Origin: Mobula hypostoma
Taxonomy: Eukaryota
Reading direction: 5' to 3'
Assembly (NCBI RefSeq): GCF_963921235.1
Contig: NC_086097.1
Span: forward strand, 168,270,001-168,334,000
Length of the DNA stretch: 64,000 bases
The position numbers and the translations under genes were made by a program. Position 1 is the stretch's first letter. Every line of letters begins with the position of its first letter. Under the pieces are notes generated by a model, which ran no database searches, was not told the origin of the DNA, and worked only from the letters and a program-made list of their open reading frames with translations. Of the stretch, positions 1 to 11,032 are shown in pieces.

Positions 1-171
1 TAATAGTAGAAATAATTGGCAGTTCAACATATCTGACAATTGATCTTGAATTACAGGTAGAATTTATTAAAAGGCTTTGAAATTAACTGGTCACTGTCTG
101 TATGTTTTTGCCTTTTCACCTGGTCTCCTATGTCAGTGGATACAGTATCAGCTCGGTGAAGAGGGGTGACC

Positions 172-360
172 CACAGTGATGGTGATGTTGCTCTGACGGT
201 GACACTGTTGAGTCCAGCTGTGATGCTGACAGTTACAGTGTTGATCCCAGCTGTTAAGGTGTGACAGTGACGCTGTTAACTCCACATGTAAAGGTGTCAT
301 GGTGTTGATGTCCAGCTGTAAAGTGTTGCAGTGACAGTTGTTGATCCCAGCTTTAAAGCT
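172..360. repeat. Degenerate minisatellite, ~33-bp unit, about 5 copies
   Basis: Recurrent (gaca)gtgacNNtgttgaNNccagctgtNaagg motif. Confidence 0.6.
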
Positions 361-428
361 ATACCTCAGTTACTTCAAAGGCCGGACAGAAAGAGTCCTC
401 CAAAAGAAAAGTAAACACTGCACACCTT

Positions 429-832
429 AAGCAACACAAAAAGCTCTGGAGGAGCTCAGCAGGTCAGGCAGCATCTATGGAGGGAAATGTTCACTACTTA
501 AGATCCTCTGGATCAGCTTGGTAACAGATTCAATTGTTTCATTTTCCCCTATTCGTTCTTCACCTTTCCTGCTTATCCCCTCCCTGCTTCCCCTCCCCCA
601 CCCCTTTATCTTTCCCCTTACTGGTTTTTCACCTGGAATCTACCAGCCTTCTCCTTCCCACCCTCCCCCCACCTTCTTTATAGGGCCTCTGCCCCTTCCC
701 CCTACAGTCCTGAGGAAGGGTTCTGGCCCGAAACGTTGACTGATCTTTTCCACGGATGCTGCCCGATCTGCTGAGTTCCTCCAGTGTGTTGTGAGTGTTG
801 CTTTGACCCCAGCATCTGCAGAGTATTTTGTG
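429..832 (+). mobile_element. Penelope-like element terminus with inverted pLTR fragment
   Basis: 429-488 (gcaacacaaaaagctctggaggagctcagcaggtcaggcagcatc) is an approximate reverse complement of 745-804. A pyrimidine-rich tract and a hammerhead motif lie between them. Confidence 0.75.
705..742 (+). ncRNA. Minimal type I hammerhead ribozyme motif (Penelope-associated)
   Basis: CAGUC-CUGAGGA-A-GGGU(UCUG)GCCC-GAAA-CG-UU-GACUG. Stem I is CAGUC/GACUG, stem II has 4 bp, and the palindrome ACGU replaces stem III. Confidence 0.65.
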
Positions 833-1069
833 TTTAAGATTCAATTGTTTGACCTTTGGCACATCTACAGTTGGGCTGGGTGTCTGCCTCCTGTACTGTC
901 CGTAATCCTTTCTAAATGGTAGAAGCATGCCAACAGACAACATTTACTGAGGAACAGAAATGGGGGTGGGAGGTGGGGAGCAGGGTGGTGCAAACATGCA
1001 TTTTCTGGGCATGAAATCATGCACATTACTAGCCATTAATTTGCCTGAGAAGATTAAACACTAAAAAAC

Positions 1070-1510
1070 ATTAAACTGGAAAGAGTGCAAAGAAGATTTA
1101 TGAGGCTGTTGATAGGACTTGAGGGCCTGCATTATGGGGAGAGGTTGGGCAGGCTAGGACTTTATTCCTTGGAACAAAGGGACTTGACTGGCAAACTTAC
1201 TGATGTGTACAAAATCATGAGGGATGAAAATACAGTCTTTTTCCCAGGGAAGGGGAACCAAAATAACTAGAGGCTAGTAAATAAGGTGAGAGGAAAGATT
1301 TAAAAGGGTCCCAAAGGACAACTTCTTCATGCAGAGGCCGAGGAGTATATGGAATGAGCCACCAAAGAAAATGAATGAGGCAGGTATGACAGCAGCAGTC
1401 AAAGGACATTTGGAAGAGTATACGGGCCAAACATGGGCAAGTGGGACTAGATTGGTGTGGACGAGTTAGGCATTAAGCTTCAGGGCCTAATTGTGTGCTG
1501 TAGCTTTATG
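1070..1510 (+). mobile_element. CR1 LINE 3' fragment
   Basis: QRRFMRLLIGLEGLHYGERLGRLGLYSLE (ORF2 C-terminus) plus tail ending gtgctgta. Confidence 0.85.
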
Positions 1511-1779
1511 ATCAAAAGTTTAGAGGCCACTTGCTAAAGTGCTCTAGTCTCACTGATGGCAGATTGCTGCTTTGTAGACTACAGATTTCTGTTGCGCTGT
1601 CTGAGGTGTCTTTCAGATGTGATATTAAGATGATACCCAAGCACTCTAGGACATTCTGAAAGGTCCTGTAAAAAAAGAGAATCTTTCTCAAAGCTCGTTT
1701 CATAAGGTGGTATCCAAAACATCACAGAACCCTCATCAGTCTGTAACATTTACTTTCTATAAAAAACTAGAGGGTGTTA

Positions 1780-2525
1780 GGGTGAGGGATAAGAGTTTTA
1801 GAGGGGATCTAAGGAAGAATTTCTTCACCCAAAGGGTGGTTGGTACCTGAAACACACTGTCTATTTGGATGATGGAGGTAGATAATACCAACCTTTGAGA
1901 AGTATCTAGATGAGCCCTTTAAATGCTTAGAAGTTGACGGATCTAGTGCTGGCACATAGGATTACTGAAGATGGGTAGTTAATGCACATAGTGAGCCAAA
2001 GGGCTAGCTTCTGTGCTGTATCACTATCACATTTTGATAAGGAATAAGTCAAGAACAAACGTTACTGTCTGTACGACTCAGTGAATCCAGAGGAGGTTCA
2101 CAGGAAGGAGAGAGTTAAGATTGCTCTGGGCCTGTACTCACTGCTGTTTAGAAGAACGAGGAGGGATCTAATTGAATATTGAAAGGCATTGATAGAGTGG
2201 ATGTGGAGAGGCTGTTTCCTGTACTGGGCAAGTCCTAAGACCAGGGGGCACTGCCTCAGAAAAGAGGGACGTTCTTTTAGGACAGAAACAAGGAGAAATT
2301 TCTTTGGCCGGAGGGTGGTGAATCTCTGGAACTCATTGCCATGGATGGCTGTGGAGGCCAAGACATTGAGTATATTTAAAGCAACGGGTTGATAGGTTCT
2401 TGTTAGTCAGGGTTAACAAGGCGAGAGAATGGGGTTGAGAGGGATAATAGATCAGCCATGATGGAATGGAGGAGCAGACTTTCTGGGTCAAGTGGCCTAT
2501 TTCTGCTCCTATGTCTTATTGCCTA
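1780..2525 (+). mobile_element. Two adjacent degraded CR1 3' fragments
   Basis: TRGHCLR...FRTETRRNFF..RVVNLWNSLP motif. Tails at ~2020 and ~2520. Confidence 0.8.
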
Positions 2526-2584
2526 AATGTCACTCGAGTGATCTGTGAATGAGGTTGAAGGAACTGGAGGAAAGAAGTAAAGTC

Positions 2585-3020
2585 ATGAACCAGATGGCAT
2601 GAACATCGATTTCTCTAACTTGAAGTAATTACTCCCAACACTATTTTTCTCCTCCCATCCTCCTCCATTTTTCTGCATTCTGGTTACCCTCTCTCACTCC
2701 TTCTCTTTTCCTCCTCTGACCTTATCATCTGCCCATCACCACCTCCTACTTTTTCTTCCATGGTTCCCTGTCCTATTAGGTTCCTCCTCCTTTGGCCTTT
2801 TACCTCTTCCACTTACCCCATCCCAGCTTCTTGCATCATTCCCCTTCCTCCACCCAACCACCTTCCCCTTTGCCTGGTCTCATCTATCACCTGCCAGCTC
2901 GTACTCCTTCCACTCCACCGATCCTCTTATTCTGCCTTCTGCCCCTTTCCTCTCCAACCCTGATGAACGTCAACTGTTTATTCCCCTGCTGATTTGCTGA
3001 GTTCCTTCAGCATTGCTCAA
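2585..3020 (+). mobile_element. Penelope-like element 3' end
   Basis: Encodes PDGMNIDFSNLK* (GIY-YIG ORF terminus), followed by a pyrimidine-rich UTR and an internally deleted hammerhead (ctgatgaa..cgtcaactg, ~2960). Confidence 0.7.
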
Positions 3021-3149
3021 AGGAACAGATCTCGATAAGCATGTGGGAGTGGTGGCTGAGACAATGTATCCATTTGATTCAGCTCAGTGTTGTCACCGCT
3101 GCTCAAGTTACATCTTGATTACTTCCAGAAGAGCAGGCAACTTTTACCT

Positions 3150-3360
3150 TATTTAGAGATGCAGCACAGTAACGGGCTCTTTCAGCTCAACACAATTACA
3201 CCCGTGTAACCAGCATGTCTTTGAAATCTGGGAGGAAACCAGAGTATCTGGAGGAAACCCATGCGGTCACTGACAAACTCCTTATAGAGAGCGGCAGGAT
3301 TGAACTTGGGTTGTTGGCACGGTAGTAGCATTACACTAACCCCTACACTACCGTGCTGCC
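3150..3360 (-). mobile_element. tRNA-derived V-SINE (HE1-like)
   Basis: Minus-strand head ggcagcacggtagtgtaggggttag...gttcaatcc, V-domain gggtttcctcc..ctctggtttcctcccag, CR1-type tail. Confidence 0.75.
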
Positions 3361-3486
3361 TTTACTAGTACAGATAAGAAAGCTGGCTACTCAGGGCGGT
3401 CGAGGAGAATTAGTGTCTGTTGGTAGGTAGTAACTCTGCGGCACAGGGCACATATATTTTATAAAATTTAAGCCTACCAGAAATCG

Positions 3487-4707
3487 TTATTTAAGAAAGG
3501 AAGGAGGCAGCAAAAAGAAAATGAAATACCTCAAGGTGCATGACAAGATAGGCCGAAGCCAGCATGGTTTCATGAAGGGAAGATCCTGCCTCACCAACCT
3601 CTTGGAATTTTTTGAGGTAATCTCGAATAAGATTGGCAAGGCAGAGGCTGTGGATGTTGTGTATTTGGATATTCAAAAGGCCTTCGATAAGGTGCCGCAT
3701 ATGAGGCTGCTTAATAAGATGAGAGCCCATGGAGTTATAGGAAAGATATTGAAATGGGCGGAGCATTAGCTGATAGGCAGAAAGCAAAGGGTGGGAATAA
3801 AGGGATCCTATTCTGATTGGTTGCTGGTTACTAGTGGTGTTCTGCAGGGGTCGGTGTTGACAATGTATATCGATGATTTGGATTATGGATTAAATGGTTT
3901 TGTGGCTAAATTTGCGGATGACACCAAGATAGGTGGAGGAGCAGGAAATGTTGAAGAAACGGAAAGGTTGCAGACAGACTTCGTCAGTTTAGGAGAGTGG
4001 GCAAAGAAATGGCAGATGAGATACAACGTTGACAAATGTACGGTTGTACATTTCGGAAGAAGAAATAATCGGGCAGATTATTATTTAGATGGGGAGAAAA
4101 TTCAAAAATCGGAAGTGCAAAGGGACTTGGGGATCCTCGTTCAGGATACCCTAAAGGTTAACCACCAGGTTGGATCGGCGGTAAGGAAAGCGAATGCTAT
4201 GTTGGCATTCATTTCAAGAGGAACAGTGTATAAGAGTAAGGAGGTGTTGATGAGGCTCTATGGGGCATTAGTGAGACCTCATTTGGAATACTGTGTGCAG
4301 TTTTGGGCCCCCTATCTTAGAAAGGATGTACTGATGTTGGAGAGAGTTCAGAGAAGATTTACGAGGATGCTTCCTGGAATGCAGGGGCTAACATATGAGG
4401 AGCGTTTGTCGGCTCTTGGACTGTATTCATTAGAGTATAGAAGAATGCAAGGGGATCTCATAGAAACATTTTGAATGTTGAAAGGGTTGGACAGACTAGA
4501 TGTGGAAAGGTTGTTTCTTTGGTGGGTGAGTCCAGAACAAGAGGCCATAGTCTTAGAATTAGAGGGACCCAGTTAAAACAGAGATGAGAATTTTTTTTAG
4601 CCAGAGGGTCATGGATTTGTGGAATTCATTGCCACATACAGCTGTGGAGGCCCGATCATTGAGGGTGTTTAAGGAGGAGATTGACGGGTATCTAATTAGT
4701 CAGGGTA
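3487..4707 (+). mobile_element. CR1 LINE RT region, outer element (its 3' end continues at 9068-9200)
   Basis: QHGFMKGRSCLTNLLEFFE, DIQKAFDKVPH, KFADDTK. The sequence attagtcagggta breaks at 4707 and resumes as tatcaaggg at 9068. Confidence 0.9.
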
Positions 4708-7700
4708 CCACAGAAACCATAGAAACTACAGCACAGAAACAAGCCCTTTGGCCCTTCTTGGCTGTGCCGAACCATTTTCTGCCTAGTCCCACTGACCTGC
4801 ACGTGAACCATATCCCTCCATACACCTCCCATCCATGTATCTGTCCAATTTATTCTTAAATGTTAAAAAAGAACCTGCATTTACCACCTCGTCTGGCAGC
4901 TCATTTCATACTCCCACCACTCTGTGTGAAGAAGCCCCCCCTAATGTTCCCTTTAAACTTTTCCCCCCTCACCCTTAACCCATGTCCTCTGGTTTTTTTC
5001 TCCCCTTGCCTCAGTGGAAAAAGCCTGCTTGCATTCACTCTATCTATACCCATCATAATTTTATATACCTCTATCAAATCTCCCCTCATTCTTCTACGCT
5101 CCAGGGAATAAAGTCCTAACCTATTCAACCTTTCTCTGTAACTCAGTTTCTCAAGTCCCGGCAACATCCTTGTAAACCTTCTCTGCACTCTTTCAACCTT
5201 AATTATATCCTTCCTGTAATTTGGTGACCAAAACTGAACACAATACTCCAGATTCGGCCTCACCAATGCCTTATACAACCTCATCATAACATTCCAGCTC
5301 TTATACTCAATACTTTGATTAATAAAGGCCAATGTACCAAAAGCTCTCTTTACGACCCTATCTACCTGTGACGCCACTTTTAGGGAATTTTGTATCTGTA
5401 TTCCCAGATCCCTCTGTTCCACTGCACTCCTCAGTGCCTTACCATTAACCCTGTATGCTCTACGTTGGTTTGTCCTTCCAACGTGCAATACCTCACACTT
5501 GTCAGTATTAAACTCCACCTGCCATTTTTCAGCCCATTTTTCCAGCTGGTCCAAGTCCCTCTGCAGGCTCTGAAAACCTTCCTCACTGTCTACTACACCT
5601 CCAATCTTTGTATCATCAGCAAACTTGCTGATCCACTTTACCACATTATCATCCAGATCATTGATATAGATGACAAATAACAATGGACCCAGCACTGATT
5701 CCTGTTGCACACCACTAGTCACAGGCCTCCACTCAGAGAAGCAATTCTCTACCACCACTCTCTGGTTTCTTCCATTGAGCCAATGTCTAATCCAATTTAC
5801 CACCTCTCCATGTATACCTAGCGACTGAATTTTCCTAACTAACCTCCCATGCGGGACCGTGTCAAAGGCCTTACTGAAGTCCATGTAGACAATATCCACT
5901 GCCTTCCCTTCATCCACTTTCCTGGTAACCTCCTCGAAAAACTCCAATAGATTGGTCAAACATGACCTACCACACACAAAGCCATGTTGACGTTCCCTAA
6001 TATGTCCCTGTCTATCCAAATGCTTGTAGATTCTGTCTCTTAGTACTCCCTCCAATAACGTACCTACTACCCATGTTAAACTTACTGGCCTATAATTTCC
6101 CGGATTACTTTTCGATCCTTTTTTAAACAATGGAACAACATGAGCCACTCTCCAATCCTCCGGCACCTCACCTGTAGACAGCGACATTTTAAATATTTCA
6201 GCCAGGGCCCCTGCAATTTCAACACTAGTCTCCTTCAAGGTCCGAGGGAACACTCTGTCAGGTCCTGGGGATTTATCCACTTTAATTTTCCTCAAGACAG
6301 CAAGCACCTCCTCCTTTTCAATCTGTACAGTTTCCATGGTCTCACTACTTGTTTCCCTCAATTTCACAGACTTCATGCCAGTTTCCTTAGTAAATACAGA
6401 CGCAAAAAACCTATTTAAGATCTCTCCCATTTCCTTTGGTTCCGCAGATAGCCGACCACTCTGATCTTCAAGAGGACCAATTTTATCCCTTACAATCCTT
6501 TAGCTCTTAATATACCTGTAAAAGCTCTTTGGATTATCCTTCACTTTGACTGCCAAGGCAACCTCATGTCTTCTTTTAGCCCTCCTGATTTCTTTCTTAA
6601 GTATTTTCTTGCACTTCTTATACTCCTCAAGCACCTTATTTACTCCCTGCTTCCTATACACGTAATACAACTCCCTCTTCTTCTTTATCAGAGTTGCAAT
6701 ATCCCTTGAGAACCAAGGTTCCTTATTCCTATTCACCTTGCCTTTAATCCTGACAGGAACATACAAATTCTGCACTCTCAAAATTTCTGCTTTGAAGGCT
6801 TCCCACCTACCGATCACATCCATGCCAGAGAACAACCTGTCCCAATCCACGCTTTTTAGATCCTTTCTCATTTCTTCAAATTTGGCCTTCTTCCAGTTAA
6901 GAACCTCAACCCTAGGACCAGATCTATCCTTGTCCATGATCAAGTTGAAACTAATGGTGTTATGATCACTGGAACCAAAGTGCTCCCCTACACAGACTTT
7001 CTGTCACTCGTCCTAACTCGTTTCCTAACAGGAGATCCAATATTGCATCCCCTCTAGTTGGTCCCTCTATATATTGATTTAGAAAACTTTCCTGAACACA
7101 TTTTACAAACTCTAAACCATCTAGACCCCTAACAGTATGGGAGACCCAATCAATATATGGAAAATTAAAATCCCCTACCACCACAACTTTATGTTTCCTG
7201 CAGTTGCCTGCTATCTCTCTGCAGATTTGCTCTTCCAAGTCTCGTTGACTATTAGATGGTCTGTAATACAATCCCACTAACGTGGCCATACCTTTCCTGT
7301 TTCTCAGCTCCACCCACAAGGACTCAGTAGACAAGCCCTCTAATTTGTCCTGCCTGAGCACTGCTGTAATATTTTCCCTAACAAGCAATGCCACTCCCCC
7401 ACCTTTCATTCCTCTGCCTCGATCACATCTGAAACATCGGAACCCTGGAATATTAAGCTCCCAGTCCTGCCCCTCCTGTAGCCAAGTTTCACTAATTGCT
7501 ACAACGTCATAATTCCACGTGTCAATCCACGCCCTCAACTCATCCGCCTTCCCCGCAATACTCCTAGCATTGAAATATATACACCTCAGAAGATTTTTAC
7601 CACCACTCACAACCTTTCTATTAGCGGATTTGCTTGAATTTTTAACATCATTTATTTTCACCCCAGGCACACTGTCAGCTCTGGCACTTTGGTTCCCATC

Positions 7701-9067
7701 CCCCTGCAAATCTACTTTAAGGCCCCACCCCCCAATAGCATTAACAAACCTCCCTGAAAGGATATTGGTCCCCTTGTAGTTCAAGTGTAACCCGTCTCTC
7801 TTGTACAGGTCCCACCTGCCCCAGAAGAGGTCCCAATTATCCTGAAATCTGAAACCCTGCCCCCTACACCAGTTCCTCAGCCACTTGTTCATCCTCCAGA
7901 GCATCCTATTCCTACCCTCACTGGCACGTAGCACAAGTAGCAATCCTGAGATTACCACCCTCGAGGTCCTGCTTTTCAACTTCCTACCAAGCTCTCTATA
8001 CTCTCTCTCCAGGACCTCCTCACTCTTCCTTGCTATGTCATTGGTACCGATGTGCACCACGACATCTGGCTTATCACCCTCCCACTTCAGAATGTCATGC
8101 AATCGATCAGAGACATCCTTGACCCTGGCACCCAGGAGGCAACAAACCATCCTGGATTTTCTGTCACGACCACAGAACCTCCTATCTGTACCTCTAACTA
8201 TCGAGTCCCCTATCACTACCACTCTCCTCTTTTCCCCCCTCCCTTCTGCACTGCAGAGCCAGCCTCAGTGCCAGAGATCCGGCTATTGCAGCTTGTCCCA
8301 GGTAAGTCATCCCCCCCAACAGTATCCAATGCGGTATGCTTGTTGTTGAGGGGAATGGCCACAGGGGAACCCTGCTCTGCCTGCCCTTTCCCCTTCCCTC
8401 GCCTGACAGTGACCCAATTTCCTGTCCTCTGCTTTTTTGGCGTAACTACCTCCCTGTAGCTACGATCTATAATCTTCTCATTCTCCCGAATGATCCGCAG
8501 GTCATCCAGCTCCTGCTCCAGTTCCCTAACGCGGTTTGTTAGGAGCTGCAGCTGGATACACTTCCTGCAGGTGTCGTTGTCAGGGACACCGGAGGGCTCC
8601 CTGACTTCCCACATCCTGCAAGAGGAGCATTCCAACATCCTGCCTGGCATTCTCTCTACGCTAGACAATCTGAACAAAAAACTTACCGGAACCTACCCTG
8701 GCCTCTGCCTGTTCTCGCGGAAGTCTGTTGAGCCAAAGCCACCCCACTCTGACTCAGTCCACTCCGATGATGGCCAATCCGACAATGGCCGCTACAACGA
8801 TGGCCGCTGTATATGGTGGTCTGCTTTTTAAACCTTGGCACGCTACGTCACACGCCTGCGCAGTGCAGACCCTTCGCCCTGAGCAGTTTTTAAGAAAGAA
8901 AAACGACTTTTTCGACCCGAATTCTTCCGCTCACTTCTTCAGCTACTTGCTTCGACTGAAACAAGAACCATTGAAATTTTCCCTTCTTAAACCTTGGCGT
9001 GCTACGTCACGCGCCTGCGCAGTGCAGACCCTTCTCCCCGAGCAGTTTTTAAGGAAAAAAAAATGAC
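4708..9067 (-). mobile_element. Near full-length CR1 LINE nested in another CR1
   Basis: 5' UTR 9067-8651. ORF1 has CxxC..CxxC finger, coiled coil and SGNH esterase (GDS, GTND, DGLH). ORF2 has APE endonuclease (YFNARS, SETWL, GDFN) and RT (KFADDTK). Tail is (tttctatgg)n. Few frameshifts. Confidence 0.95.
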
Positions 9068-9200
9068 TATCAAGGGTTTATGGGGAAAAAGCCGGAAATT
9101 GGAACTAGGTGGGTGAATAGTTTAGCTCATGGGGGAGCTGTGGAGCAGACTCGATGGGCCGAATGGCCCACTTCTGCTCCTTTGTCTTGTGATCTTGTGA
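9068..9200 (+). mobile_element. 3' end of the outer CR1
   Basis: ggagcagactcgatgggccgaatggcc..cttctgctcct tail with tcttgtga repeats. Confidence 0.85.
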
Positions 9201-10060
9201 AATCAAGTCAATTTTATTGTCATTTCGACCATAACTGCTGGTACAGTACACAGTAAAAACGAGACAATGTTTTCAGGACCATGGTGCTACATGAACAATG
9301 CAAAAACTACACTGAACTACGTAAAACAACACAAAACTACACAACAAGCAACACACTAAAAAAATATTGACGGAATGCAGCAGGCCACGCAGCATCTACA
9401 GGAAGGGGTAGTCGACAGCAATCTCTTACCATCTCTTCTTTCAGTTAATCCTGACGAAGGGTCTCGGCCCGAAACATCGACTGTACCTCTAAATATAGAT
9501 GCTGCCTGGCCTGCTGCGTTCACCAGCATTTTTTATGTGTGTTGCTTGAAATTCCAGCAGCTGCAGATTTCCTTCTGGTTGTGTTTTTAAACAAAACTAC
9601 ACTAGACTACAGACCAACCCAGGACTGCATAAAGTGCACAAAACGGTGCAGGCATAACAATAAATAATTAACAACACAATATGCACAGTAGAGGACAGTC
9701 CAGGCTCTGGGTTTTGAGGAGTCTGATGGCTTGGGGGAAGAAACTGTTACATAGCCTGGTCGTGAGAGCCTGAATACTTCGGTGCCTTTTGCCAGATGGC
9801 AGGAGGGAGAAGAGTTTATATGAGGGGTGCGTGGGGTCCTTCATAATGCTGTTTGCTTTACGGATGCAGCGTGTGGTGTAAATGCCTATCGGTGGGAAGA
9901 GAGACCCTGATGATCTTCTCAGCTGACCTCACTATCCGCTGCAGGGTCTTGCAATCCGAGACGGTGCAATTCCCGAACCAGGCCGTGATGCAGCTGCTCA
10001 GTATGCTCTCAATACAACCTCTGTAGAATGTGGTGAGGATGGGGTGTGGGAGATGGAACC
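9201..10060 (-). mobile_element. Rex1/Babar LINE 3' fragment, interrupted by a Penelope insert
   Basis: Minus-strand translation PILTTFYRGCIESILSSCITAWFGNC...KDPTHP..LFSLLPSGKR...NSFFPQAIRLL. Confidence 0.8.
9343..9590 (+). mobile_element. Short Penelope-derived insert with inverted ends and 12-bp TSD
   Basis: acaaaactacac duplicated at 9331-9342 and 9591-9602. Inverted arms at ~9348-9415 and ~9478-9545. Hammerhead core ctgacga-a-gggtctcggccc-gaaa at 9451-9474. Confidence 0.8.
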
Positions 10061-10289
10061 ACTACTTGGTACTCAAACTCACTGCTGATGGTTACTTAGT
10101 TAATTCGATGGATGTGAGCAGCACTCCCTGAACGTCTCTTCTGCCCTCAAGAGGGTGGTGAACTACTTGCTTGAATTAAAGCAGAAAGTACTGGACTACC
10201 AAACAGGTCAGGTCAGATATGTAGAAAGAAAAACAGAGCAACAAGCACAACATCCCATCTAAGACAGTTCCAATTGCCCACACCCCTCT

Positions 10290-10710
10290 AATTCCCTAAC
10301 CATGTCCATGGCCAGTCCAAGTGCCTTTTAAATGTTGTTAATGTACCTGCCTCAACCAACTTCCTCTGACACCTCATTCAATTTACTGACCACATGCTGA
10401 GTGAAATCGTTTCCTATTACATCTCTCCCCTCTCACTTTAAACCTATATACCCCAGTTCTTCATACCTCAACCCGGGGAAAAAGGCCATGCACATTCACT
10501 CTTACCTATGCTCCTCATGACTTGATACACTTCTATAAAATCACCTCTATGCTCCAATGAATAAAGTCTCAACCTGCTCGTTCTCTCTAATAACTCAGTC
10601 CCTCGAGTCCCAGTAACATCCCCATAAATCTCCTTTGCATTCTCTCCAGCTTAATGGCATCTTTCCAGTAGCATGGTGACGAAAACTGAACACAATATCC
10701 CAAATGCAAA
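10290..10710 (-). mobile_element. CR1 3' fragment
   Basis: HLGYCVQFSSPCYWKDAIKLERMQRRF. Confidence 0.8.
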
Positions 10711-10811
10711 GTTTCCAAGGTTAAGGGGGGTACATCCTCCACTGGCAGAGAGAAAAAACAAATAATCTGAACCAATATCACAGATGAACGACTGATACAG
10801 CCTGACAAAAC

Positions 10812-11032
10812 AAGTTACCTGAAGTTGTAGAGTTCAATATTGAGCCCATAAGTCTGTTGCTTGCCTGGATGCAAGATGGGATACTGTCCTTCAAGCTTCA
10901 TTTGGGCCTCAATGTGACAGTGCAAGAGGTCACAAAGGAATAGGTGAGAGTGGGTATGAGATGAGGAATTATAGTGGCAGGCAACAGGAAGCTCAAGCAC
11001 TCGACATAGGTGCTACGTAAAATGATCACCTG
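10812..11032 (-). mobile_element. Penelope-like GIY-YIG endonuclease C-terminal fragment
   Basis: PVACHYNSSSHT...LLHCHIEAQMKLEGQ...YGLNIELYNFR* matches the PLE ORF terminus pattern. Confidence 0.75.

Noticed and set aside
5390..8459. Several plus-strand ORFs of 75-154 aa over the CR1
   Set aside because: They are antisense shadows of CR1 ORF1/ORF2 with no independent protein motifs.
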